Counted from the first letter of the stretch, positions 7,902-15,270 are shown. The stretch is 34,808 nucleotides of DNA from Verrucomicrobiota bacterium (GCA_023447015.1 JAEXPG010000059.1:1-34808), one strand, 5' to 3'. Made by a program: numbers and translations. Notes: generated by a model from the letters alone, not told the origin.

Positions 7902-9436
7902 ACCTCCCGCCGATCGGCACCGGCGTCCATCTGGACATCCGCATCCTCCTGGTCGAGGACGTGCCGGTCATCGCCCGGATCGTGACGCAGATGCTGAAGA
8001 CGTCGCAGCACTGCCGGTATCACATCGAGTGGCGCAAGACCCTGGCCGACACCCTTGAGATCCTCGGCACTCAGGACTTCGACACGGTGCTGCTCGACCT
8101 CAATCTTCCTGACAGCGACGAGTTGGACACGCTTGCCCGCGTGCTCGAGGTCGCCCGGGGGGTGCCGGTGGTGGTGCTGACGGCCACCGAAGACGAGCAC
8201 ATCGGCCTCAAGTCGGTGCAGTCGGGCGCGCAGGATTATCTGGTGAAGGGTCAGTGCAGCGCCCCGGAGCTCGACCGATCGATCGTCTACAGCATCGAGC
8301 GCCATCGCCTCCAGCACGCGCTCCGGCAACTGGCGGTGCTCGACGAGTTGACCGGGCTCTACAATCGCCGCGGCTTCAACACGCTCAACCCCGAGCTGAT
8401 GCAGCAACTGCGCGGCGGGACCGCCAACGGCTATATCGCGTGCTTCGATCTCGACCGGTTCAAGCAGATCAACGACACGCTGGGCCATGCCTGTGGCGAC
8501 GCGGCGTTGGTGGAGTTCGCGACCCTGCTGCGCAGCGCTTTCCGGAAGCAGGGGTTGTTCGCGCGCCTGGGCGGCGACGAGTTTCTCGCGATGGGCATCG
8601 AGACGCACCCTGGCGCCGCCCTGGAGGCGCTGGACGTACTGGAGCAGCAGCTCGCGGCGAGGAACGACTCCGGCTCGTCGCCGTTCCGCCTCCAGACCAG
8701 TGCGGGCCTGCTCCTCCTCGGTCCCGACGAACGACGATCGCTCGATGAGCTGCTCGCGGCGGCCGATGCCGCACTCTATCGCAACAAGGAGGCGCGCCGG
8801 GCCGGCCGGCCCGTGGCGTTGCCGAGCTCTCCGCAACGAGATGAGGGACCGGCCCCGGTGCGGCGGTTCCACCAGCCTTGGGAGGAGATCGGCCACCGGC
8901 TCCGGATGGCGTGCGAGGTGTTCGATCCCGGACTCTCCAGCCATCATCAGCGGGTCGGCGAGACCGCGGCGGAGATCGCCAAGGGACTCGGTCTTCCGTC
9001 CGAGCAGGTCGAGCGGATCCGCATCGCGGCGAGCATCCACGACATCGGCAAGATCGGCGTGCCGCGGAAAGTGCTACACTGGCGGGGGCAGCTCGGACAC
9101 AAGATGCTCGCCATCGTCCGCGCCCATACCGAGATCGGGTATCGCGTGCTTGAGGGCAGCGAGTGGCCGGAGATCCGCACCGCCGCAGAGGTGGCGTTGT
9201 GCCACCACGAGCGGTGGGATGGGGGAGGCTATCCGCGCGGCCTGTGGGGCGAGGCGATTCCGCTCGAGGCGAGGATTGTCGCCGTCGCCGATGTGTTCGA
9301 TGCGATGCGGTCGGAGCGTGCCTACAAGGAGGCGTGGACCGACGAACGGGTGATCGCGGAGATGACGAGCGTCCGCGGAACCCATTTCGATCCGGCGGTC
9401 TTCGACGTGTTTCTCTCCCTCATGGAGAGAAAGTAA
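7898..9436 (+). CDS. Response regulator with REC + GGDEF (diguanylate cyclase) + HD-GYP (c-di-GMP phosphodiesterase) domains
   Basis: ATGA overlap with the secretin stop. REC: LLVEDVPV...VLLDLNLPDSD...DYLVKG. GGDEF: LDELTGLYNRRGF...RLGGDEFLA. HD-GYP: ASIHDIGKIGVP...HHERWDGGGYPRGL...VADVFDAM. Confidence 0.93.
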   Translation: MNLPPIGTGVHLDIRILLVEDVPVIARIVTQMLKTSQHCRYHIEWRKTLADTLEILGTQDFDTVLLDLNLPDSDELDTLARVLEVARGVPVVVLTATEDEHIGLKSVQSGAQDYLVKGQCSAPELDRSIVYSIERHRLQHALRQLAVLDELTGLYNRRGFNTLNPELMQQLRGGTANGYIACFDLDRFKQINDTLGHACGDAALVEFATLLRSAFRKQGLFARLGGDEFLAMGIETHPGAALEALDVLEQQLAARNDSGSSPFRLQTSAGLLLLGPDERRSLDELLAAADAALYRNKEARRAGRPVALPSSPQRDEGPAPVRRFHQPWEEIGHRLRMACEVFDPGLSSHHQRVGETAAEIAKGLGLPSEQVERIRIAASIHDIGKIGVPRKVLHWRGQLGHKMLAIVRAHTEIGYRVLEGSEWPEIRTAAEVALCHHERWDGGGYPRGLWGEAIPLEARIVAVADVFDAMRSERAYKEAWTDERVIAEMTSVRGTHFDPAVFDVFLSLMERK

Positions 9437-9640
9437 GGCCTACCGCGGCCGCCGTGCAGGCGCAGAGGCGCGAAGCGGCCCGCACCCGCGCCGTTGGCGG
9501 ATGCGGCTACGCCAGTCCGGTTTCGGTGGTACGGCCGAAGCAAGGGACGCCCACCCCGGAGCGTTCAACGCTGCGGTTGAGGCAAGGCACAAACCCGCCT
9601 TTTGCGCCGGTGTCACCGACCTGTGGCGACAGCCTCGGCC

Positions 9641-9686
9641 TCTGGACAAACAAAGGCCCCGGTCCCGCTACCCCAGGACCGGGGCT
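9641..9686 (-). terminator. Candidate rho-independent terminator reading on the minus strand
   Basis: 10-bp GC stem (9656-9665 gccccggtcc / 9676-9685 ggaccggggc) with a 10-nt loop. On the minus strand it is followed by UUUGUUUGU (plus-strand acaaacaaa at 9646-9654). The plus-strand tail (ctgttctgcg) is a poor U-tract. Confidence 0.5.
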
Positions 9687-9830
9687 GTTCTGCGATCCAC
9701 CGTTTTGTGGATGAGAGCCGGTGTTCACTCACAACACCGTCTCTCAATACTGCAAAATGGGGGTCTGAATTTGCCCGACATCCCGTTCGGCTAAGCCGGC
9801 TGGGGCATCGAGGCGGCAAGAGGGTATAGA
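9641..9830 (-). ncRNA. Candidate small RNA (5' end undefined): two hairpins plus the terminator
   Basis: Consecutive hairpins at 9719-9739 (cggtgtt/aacaccg) and 9695-9712 (atccac/gtggat), then the terminator at 9656-9685. They lie in an AT-richer gap with no credible ORF. I did not find a convincing promoter. Confidence 0.25.
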
Positions 9831-9838
9831 AGCGCGCG

Positions 9839-9865
9839 ATTTGCAGCCACGCACACATTGCAAAT
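9839..9865. promoter_or_regulatory. Perfect 7-bp inverted repeat ATTTGCA-N13-TGCAAAT (candidate regulator binding site)
   Basis: Read directly: 9839-9845 atttgca and 9859-9865 tgcaaat. It lies ~210 nt upstream of the sigma54-activator gene and is followed by a T6 run at 9875-9880. Confidence 0.3.
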
Positions 9866-10072
9866 TCCGCTGCATTTTTTGTGGAGCGCGGCGCGACAGC
9901 TTGAGCGAGGCGTGCCGACGTTGGGGTGCACAGGAGAGGCCAGTTGACGGTCTTTGCGGTTGGCCTTCGGGCTCCAATCGAAGCGCCCGATCTGTGGATC
10001 GATGCAGTCGTTCACCGGGGTGTGTCAGAATTTCCCATTGACCCGTTTTTCCCCGGCGACGTTCATCGGCGC

Positions 10073-11542
10073 ATGATACCGTCGGTGCTGATCGTAGATG
10101 ACGAAAAGCACACCCGCGAGGGGCTGCTGCTGGCTTTCGAGGACAACTATGACGTCTCGGTCGCGAGCAGCGCCGACGAGGCGTTCAACCTCCTGGATGC
10201 CCACGAGTTCGACGTGATCATCACGGATCTGCGCATGCCCGGGAAGTCCGGGCTGAAGGTGATCGACAAGGCGCTGACGCTTCCGAACCGGCCAGTGGTC
10301 ATCATGATGACGGCCTACGGCAACATCGATTCGGCGGTCGAGGCGATGAAGCGCGGGGCTTTCGATTTTCTCACCAAGCCGGTCAACCTCGAGAAGCTCG
10401 AGATCATCGTCCAGCGCGCGCTGAAGTCCCGGACGTTGGAGGTGGAGGTGAAGCAGCTCCACGAGCGGCTCGACAAGAAATTCAGCTTCGAGGGAATCGT
10501 CGGTCATTCCGCCCGCCTCAACGAGGTGATCGAGCGCGTGAAGCTCGTGGCCCCGTCGCGGGCGACCGTGCTGATCGAAGGGGAGACCGGCACGGGCAAG
10601 GAGCTGATCGCGCAGGCCATCCATCAGGCCAGCTCCCGCGCGCGGGCCCCCTTTCTGGCGGTCCACTGCGCGGCGTTGCCCTCCACGCTGCTGGAGAGCG
10701 AATTGTTCGGCCATGAGAAGGGGGCGTTCACCGGGGCGAACGAGCGGCGAGTGGGTCGTTTCGAGTCAGCCGACGGCGGCACGATCTTCCTCGACGAGAT
10801 CGGCGAGGTGAGCCCGTCGACACAGGTGAAGCTCCTGCGCTTCTTGGAGACACGCTCAGTCGAGCGCATTGGCAGCCAGAAACCCGTGCAGCTCGACGTG
10901 CGGCTGGTCGCGGCGACGAACCGCAATCTCGAGCAGATGGTCGCGCAGGGGACGTTCCGCGAGGACCTGTTTTTTCGCCTGAATGTCGTCCGTATCGCCA
11001 CCCCGCCGTTGCGGGACCGCGGTGAGGACATCCCGGTTCTGCTGCGGCATTTCATCGCTGAGTTCAGCAAGGAGAACAACACGCCGCCGCTGACGATCGA
11101 GCCAGGGGCACTCAAACACCTCGTCGCCTATGCCTGGCCGGGCAACATCCGCGAACTCCGCAATTTCGCGGAGAACGCCGTGGTGCTGCGCCGGGGCGGG
11201 CGACTCACGGAGTTCGATCTCGAGCCGAAGTTCCGCGGCGAGGTGCCGTTGCCGCCGATAACGCGCCCGATGGGCTCCGGCGACGCGAACGGCTTTGTGG
11301 CGGCCGTGGCAGCGCAAACCGTCTCAGGGCCGGCGATCCCGACGAACGGCGCCAGCGGCGCGAGCTCGACCATCCCCCCTCCGTTGTCGGTGGAAGAAAA
11401 CGAGAAACGGCTGCTGCGTCAGGCGCTGATGGAGGCGCGCGGCAACCGGACGCAGGCCGCCAAACTCATGGGCATCAGCCGGCGAACCTTGCACCGCAAG
11501 ATCGCGCAGTGGCCGGAGCTCGATGTGACCGACCGCGGTTGA
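10073..11542 (+). CDS. Sigma-54-dependent response regulator (NtrC/PilR family: REC + AAA+ + Fis-type HTH)
   Basis: I chose the ATG at 10073 (MIPSVLIVDDEKHTREG); the track ORF starts at 9926. REC: DVIITDLRMPGKSG. AAA+ Walker A: GETGTGKE. The sigma54-contact motif GHEKGAFTGA is present. Also FLDEIGE and a C-terminal HTH (NRTQAAKLMGISRRTLHRKI). Confidence 0.93.
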   Translation: MIPSVLIVDDEKHTREGLLLAFEDNYDVSVASSADEAFNLLDAHEFDVIITDLRMPGKSGLKVIDKALTLPNRPVVIMMTAYGNIDSAVEAMKRGAFDFLTKPVNLEKLEIIVQRALKSRTLEVEVKQLHERLDKKFSFEGIVGHSARLNEVIERVKLVAPSRATVLIEGETGTGKELIAQAIHQASSRARAPFLAVHCAALPSTLLESELFGHEKGAFTGANERRVGRFESADGGTIFLDEIGEVSPSTQVKLLRFLETRSVERIGSQKPVQLDVRLVAATNRNLEQMVAQGTFREDLFFRLNVVRIATPPLRDRGEDIPVLLRHFIAEFSKENNTPPLTIEPGALKHLVAYAWPGNIRELRNFAENAVVLRRGGRLTEFDLEPKFRGEVPLPPITRPMGSGDANGFVAAVAAQTVSGPAIPTNGASGASSTIPPPLSVEENEKRLLRQALMEARGNRTQAAKLMGISRRTLHRKIAQWPELDVTDRG

Positions 11543-11627
11543 CCGGCGGCCGGAGGGCGCCCGGGCCGCTCAGGGAAGGTTGTTCTCGACGGTTGCGGTT
11601 GGTCGGGCGATCCGAGGGAATCCCGGC

Positions 11628-12191
11628 ATGCCCGAGAACCGCGCCCACGACAGCCATGGCAAAGCCGCGGCCAAGGAGGTTCCGGTGCTGCCGGCGCCGC
11701 CCGCGGGCTATGAACAGCGGATGCCTCGTCAGCCGGAAGCGACCGCGCTGGTCTCGATCGGGCCCGATGTCTTCGGTCGTGAGCAGCGCCTGATTCCCGA
11801 GGCCGCGCGGGCGTGGGCCGAGATGCGCGACGATGCGGCACTCGACGGTGTGCAGTTGCTCCTGCTCTCGGGGTTTCGCAGTGTGGCGCGGCAGAGGGAG
11901 ATCGTGGGCAGGAAGTTGGCGGCGGGAGTGGCGTGGACCGAGATTCTGCGGGTAAGTGCCTACCCCGGACACAGCGAGCATCACACCGGGCGAGCGGTCG
12001 ACATCGGGTCGCCCGACGGCGAGCACCTGAACGAAGGCTTCGAGACCACGCGCGAGTTCCGCTGGCTGGAGACCCATGCGTGGCGCTTCGGATTCAGCCT
12101 AAGTTATCCACGGAACGGTGATACGGGAGTCGTCTACGAACCATGGCACTGGTTGTGGCGGCCGGAGTTGCGGCGGACGAGCCCCGGATGA
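11628..12191 (+). CDS. D-alanyl-D-alanine carboxypeptidase-like metallopeptidase (VanY / peptidase M15 family)
   Basis: Family motifs SGFRSVARQ, HSEHHTGRAVD and EPWHW. I preferred the ATG at 11628 over the track's TTG at 11580; the start is uncertain. Confidence 0.8.
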   Translation: MPENRAHDSHGKAAAKEVPVLPAPPAGYEQRMPRQPEATALVSIGPDVFGREQRLIPEAARAWAEMRDDAALDGVQLLLLSGFRSVARQREIVGRKLAAGVAWTEILRVSAYPGHSEHHTGRAVDIGSPDGEHLNEGFETTREFRWLETHAWRFGFSLSYPRNGDTGVVYEPWHWLWRPELRRTSPG

Positions 12192-12247
12192 CGTAGCGGC
12201 GATTGAGCCCTTCGGGGGGCTATAGCCCGCCGTTTTGGGCGAACAGG

Positions 12248-12886
12248 TCAAGCGCTGGCGGTGACCGGCGGCGGCCGCATGAGGCGCAGGCCGAGCACCA
12301 GGCAGCCCAGCGCATGGATCAAGATGCCGGCGATGGCCGATGCGGTGGAAAGGTGGATGCCGTAGATCAGCGCACCGGCGAAAACCAGGACACCGGCGCT
12401 CTTGGGAAACGCGCGGGAGCGGACGAGCGTGAAGCAGAAGAGCAGGGTGCCCGCGAAGATCGTGAGTGTCGCACCAAGCCTGAACCATCCGACCAACGCG
12501 GAGTCACGAATCAGCCCGTCGCGGAGAAGCACCACCGCAGCGGGATGGCGGGCGATCAGCGGGTAGAGGAATATCTCCCAGGTGACCTTGCAGGCCTGGA
12601 GCAAGTAGGCCGCCTCGAGAAAGAGGAAGCCCATGAAACCGGGCACCCCGGAGGTATCCCAAAGTCGGCTGTAGACTCCGGCGAAGCCCGCAGCCGACAG
12701 CACCACGCCGGCAAAGGCGCTGGAGGCGATCCAGCTCCAGTGGGGGCTGCGGACCAGCTGGGAGAAGTCGCTGGACATCCGGTCCATCGGCAGCAGAGCG
12801 GGAAACGCGGCGGCGTAGGCGGCGAGCAGCAATGATCCGGAGATTAGGGCGAACGCGGCAGTTCGCTGTATGGAAATCAGTGTCAT
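12248..12886 (-). CDS. Polytopic inner-membrane protein of unknown function (about 6 TM)
   Basis: I chose the ATG at 12886 (MTLISIQRTAAFALISGSLLLAAYAAAF). The track's longer ORF (to 13084) would run through the neighbouring gene's terminator. Hydrophobic segments alternate throughout. I recognised no catalytic motif. Confidence 0.6.
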   Translation of the reverse strand: MTLISIQRTAAFALISGSLLLAAYAAAFPALLPMDRMSSDFSQLVRSPHWSWIASSAFAGVVLSAAGFAGVYSRLWDTSGVPGFMGFLFLEAAYLLQACKVTWEIFLYPLIARHPAAVVLLRDGLIRDSALVGWFRLGATLTIFAGTLLFCFTLVRSRAFPKSAGVLVFAGALIYGIHLSTASAIAGILIHALGCLVLGLRLMRPPPVTASA

Positions 12887-13060
12887 GGATACTATCGGAA
12901 CGGCACATCCGGGATGATTTCGAGGGGACTTCGTTGTGATGGCAGTCTGGGGCGGTCGTGCCAGCCTAGTGGCAATTGAGCCAGCAAGAGGAGCGAGACC
13001 CCCACGCCCCGGCTGTCGGGGCCCGAGGACGTCGAGACCGCACATGGTCCGGCGCGAGTC

Positions 13061-13097
13061 GGGGAAAAGAAAAGCCCGCGGCATCGGCCGCGGGCTT
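13061..13097 (-). terminator. Rho-independent terminator of the 13120-14097 gene
   Basis: Stem 13074-13082 gcccgcggc / 13087-13095 gccgcgggc with loop atcg. On the minus strand it is followed by UUUUCUUUUCCCC. It lies 23 nt after the stop codon. Confidence 0.85.
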
Positions 13098-13119
13098 GGG
13101 AGAACCGGTTGAACGAGGA

Positions 13120-14097
13120 TCAGTTGCCCGGCGTCGCGGCCGGGGCGGTCTCGGGCGTGGGCATGTTGGCCTTCACGTTGTCGAGGCGCTGCTGGAGCTT
13201 CTTCATATCGTCGGCGATCTTCGCCTCGACCTTCTCGCGCTCGTTGCTGTTGACGATCGAGCCCTTGCCCACGTCCTGGACGACGTGCGCGGGGAGCATC
13301 AGGATCCGGCCGAGCAAGGACTCGCTCTTCATCTGCGAGAGGTAGAGCGCGGTGATCTGCTGCGAGATGCGCATCGACTCCTGGGCGATCGAGGTGGACT
13401 CGAGGAGGTTGTTGTTGAGCTTCTGCTTTTGCGCGAGCTCCGAGGTCAGGACGCCGGCGATCTGGTCGGAGATGCGCTGGCCGTAGCTGGCGACGCTCTC
13501 CTTGGTGAGATTCGTGTCCTTCGACATCTGCTCGAGGATAGGCTGGATCTTGCCCGCCATGCGGCCGGCGACTTCGTCGACCTGCTTGTTGCGCTGTTCC
13601 TCGGCTTCCTTCGGGTCCTTCGGAATCGGCATGCCGTAGGGCTGGATCTGGTCGGCAAGGGCCTTGGCGAGGACCATGACCTTCTCATCGTTGAGCTTCG
13701 CCAGCTCGTCGTCGGTCATGAAGAGGCCGCCCTTACGGTTGTCGACCGAGTCCTTGAGGAGGGTGTAGGTCGCCTCCATCTGGGCCTTGAGGGCGTCGTT
13801 GGACTCCTTGATCCGCTGCTCGGTCGAGGAGCGGAGCTCCGCGAGCTGGCGCTCGTTCTGGGCGGTCATGTTGGCGACGACCTTGTTGCCCAGCCAGACG
13901 AGCGCCCCGATGGTGATGACGGCGGTGAAGAAGATCGCCGGGATTTGTGCTTTGAAGCTATTCCACATGGAAGGATTGGATTGGTGCGCAGCACCGAGGC
14001 TGGAGTTCTCGCGGCGCTGGGCAACATTGCTTTGCGCAGGCGCAGCCGGCTTCTGGGGATTGTGCGGATTGTTGGAGGGAGGGGTATTTGTGTTCAC
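13120..14097 (-). CDS. Hypothetical bitopic membrane protein: disordered N-tail, one TM, long alpha-helical/coiled-coil domain
   Basis: 325-aa ORF. The N-terminal tail is Pro/Asn/Gln-rich. TM: IPAIFFTAVITIGALVWLG. The helical remainder is Lys/Glu/Gln-rich (QNERQLAELRSSTEQRIKESNDALKAQMEA... KKLQQRLDNVKANM). The gene has its own strong terminator. The antisense 390-aa ORF has junk composition. Confidence 0.7.
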   Translation of the reverse strand: MNTNTPPSNNPHNPQKPAAPAQSNVAQRRENSSLGAAHQSNPSMWNSFKAQIPAIFFTAVITIGALVWLGNKVVANMTAQNERQLAELRSSTEQRIKESNDALKAQMEATYTLLKDSVDNRKGGLFMTDDELAKLNDEKVMVLAKALADQIQPYGMPIPKDPKEAEEQRNKQVDEVAGRMAGKIQPILEQMSKDTNLTKESVASYGQRISDQIAGVLTSELAQKQKLNNNLLESTSIAQESMRISQQITALYLSQMKSESLLGRILMLPAHVVQDVGKGSIVNSNEREKVEAKIADDMKKLQQRLDNVKANMPTPETAPAATPGN

Positions 14098-14144
14098 GGT
14101 AAGTTTGTTTGCCTTGGACCGCGCCGCCCGAGGAAGGTTTCCCG

Positions 14145-14438
14145 ATGAGTCTCAACCGCTACGAGCAGGCCGTCTTCGATTATCTCCAAGCACATCCGGA
14201 GGAATTGCGCCACTGGGAAAACAAAGTGGCGAGCCGCGCGGCACGGGGCACGCTCGTGCCGGCGACCCTCGCTGATGAGCTCCGTGAATACGTCCACGAG
14301 CGGGGAACGCATGTCCAGCCCTTCCGGGACTGGCGGGAACGGGGCGGAGTGCCGCGGACCAGTCTGCTCAATCTAGCGGAATATTTACTCCGGATCTGGG
14401 GTCCTCCGATGCCGAAGCGGCGCACTCCGATAGAGTGA
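14145..14438 (+). CDS. Small hypothetical protein (97 aa)
   Basis: The ATG at 14145 is preceded by gaggaagg (Shine-Dalgarno-like) and begins MSLNRYEQAVFDYLQAHPEELRHWENKV. It is divergent from the coiled-coil gene. I recognised no motif. Confidence 0.5.
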   Translation: MSLNRYEQAVFDYLQAHPEELRHWENKVASRAARGTLVPATLADELREYVHERGTHVQPFRDWRERGGVPRTSLLNLAEYLLRIWGPPMPKRRTPIE

Positions 14439-14528
14439 TTCCGCGAAGGCCCGCCGTTGGTTTCTCGGTGAGTGTGGATGTATCCGAAGATCCGTACACG
14501 GACACGGATGGGCGTGGGATTGGGAAAC

Positions 14529-14558
14529 AAAAAAGCCCCGGTCGTGCGACCGGGGCTT
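14529..14558 (-). terminator. Rho-independent terminator of pal
   Basis: Stem 14535-14543 gccccggtc / 14548-14556 gaccggggc with loop gtgc. On the minus strand it is followed by UUUUUUGUUU (plus-strand A6 at 14529-14534). It lies 25 nt after the pal stop. Confidence 0.85.
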
Positions 14559-14581
14559 GCTGGCGGGAAAGGGATTTCAGG

Positions 14582-15142
14582 TTACTGCTTGATGATCACG
14601 ATCTCGACGCGGCGGTCCTTGGACATCTGCTCGGAGGAGGCGTTCTCCTGCGCATCGAGGTCGCCCTTCGAAAGGGGTTCGAGGCGGACGACTTCGACGC
14701 CGAGCTTCTGGAGGTATTCCTTCACGGCGTTGGCGCGACGATCGCCGAGGCCCATGTTGTACTCGGCGGTACCGCGCCAGTCGCAATGACCTTCGAGGAG
14801 GATCTGCTTGTCCTTGTAGTCGGCGGCAATCTTCTTGGAGGCCTGCTCAAGCTTGGCGCGCTCGCTGGGCTTGATCGCGGAGCGGTCGAAATCAAAATAG
14901 ATCGTGGGGAGCGCAGTGCGGTCGAGATTCTCCTCGGCCAAGTGACCTTGGGCTGCCGTGTTCTGTTCAAGGCCGTTGGCGGCATTCGCGCCAAAATCGA
15001 CGCCCTGCTGATTGATGCCGCCGGGCCCCATGCCAGAGACGGTAGAGTCTGGGGAGGGGCGCTTCGGCTTCTTCGGGCAGCCGGCGAGGAGCACGGAGGC
15101 TCCGATGAGGATGAAACAGGCGAGTTTCGAGAGCTTGTTCAT
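14582..15142 (-). CDS. pal: Peptidoglycan-associated lipoprotein (Pal / OmpA-family C-terminal domain)
   Basis: I chose the internal ATG at 15142 of track ORF 14582..15841. Lipobox: MNKLSKLACFILIGASVLLAGC. OmpA-like domain: IYFDFDRSAIKP...LEGHCDWRGTAEYNMGLGDRRANAVKEYL...NRRVEI-type ending (KDRRVEIVII). Confidence 0.9.
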   Translation of the reverse strand: MNKLSKLACFILIGASVLLAGCPKKPKRPSPDSTVSGMGPGGINQQGVDFGANAANGLEQNTAAQGHLAEENLDRTALPTIYFDFDRSAIKPSERAKLEQASKKIAADYKDKQILLEGHCDWRGTAEYNMGLGDRRANAVKEYLQKLGVEVVRLEPLSKGDLDAQENASSEQMSKDRRVEIVIIKQ

Positions 15143-15270
15143 GGAAAAAGGGGCTTGTCGTTTAGGTGCGCGGTTATCCGTAAAGCGCTCAGCTGGCGCA
15201 AGAAGAATGTCGGGCAGTTGGCGCACCGAGATCGCGAGTCCTGCGCACGGAACGCAGGCGGCAATCAGGC

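Noticed and set aside
9848-9870. CACGCACA...GCAAA string resembling the 5' part of a c-di-GMP-I (GEMM) riboswitch, which is tempting next to a GGDEF gene
   Set aside because: Only the first octamer and one GCAAA resemble the Vc2-type aptamer. I saw no second ACGCAAAGC-like element, no P1/P2 pairing and no tetraloop-receptor arrangement. The segment is better explained as the loop and arm of the ATTTGCA/TGCAAAT inverted repeat. An Rfam scan would settle it.
9501-10015. Short ORFs in the 9437-10072 gap (9501..9794 +, 9602..9829 +, 9613..9858 -, 9744..9977 -, 9791..10015 -)
   Set aside because: They overlap one another, are Arg/Pro/Cys-rich, lack start context, and several run through the hairpin and terminator structures.
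15219-15236. TTGGCGCACC...TCGC string resembling a sigma54 -24/-12 element
   Set aside because: The GG-to-GC spacing is wrong (position 14-15 is TC, not GC), and it faces away from pal. No other intergenic region in the window gave a TGGCAC-N5-TTGC match by eye.
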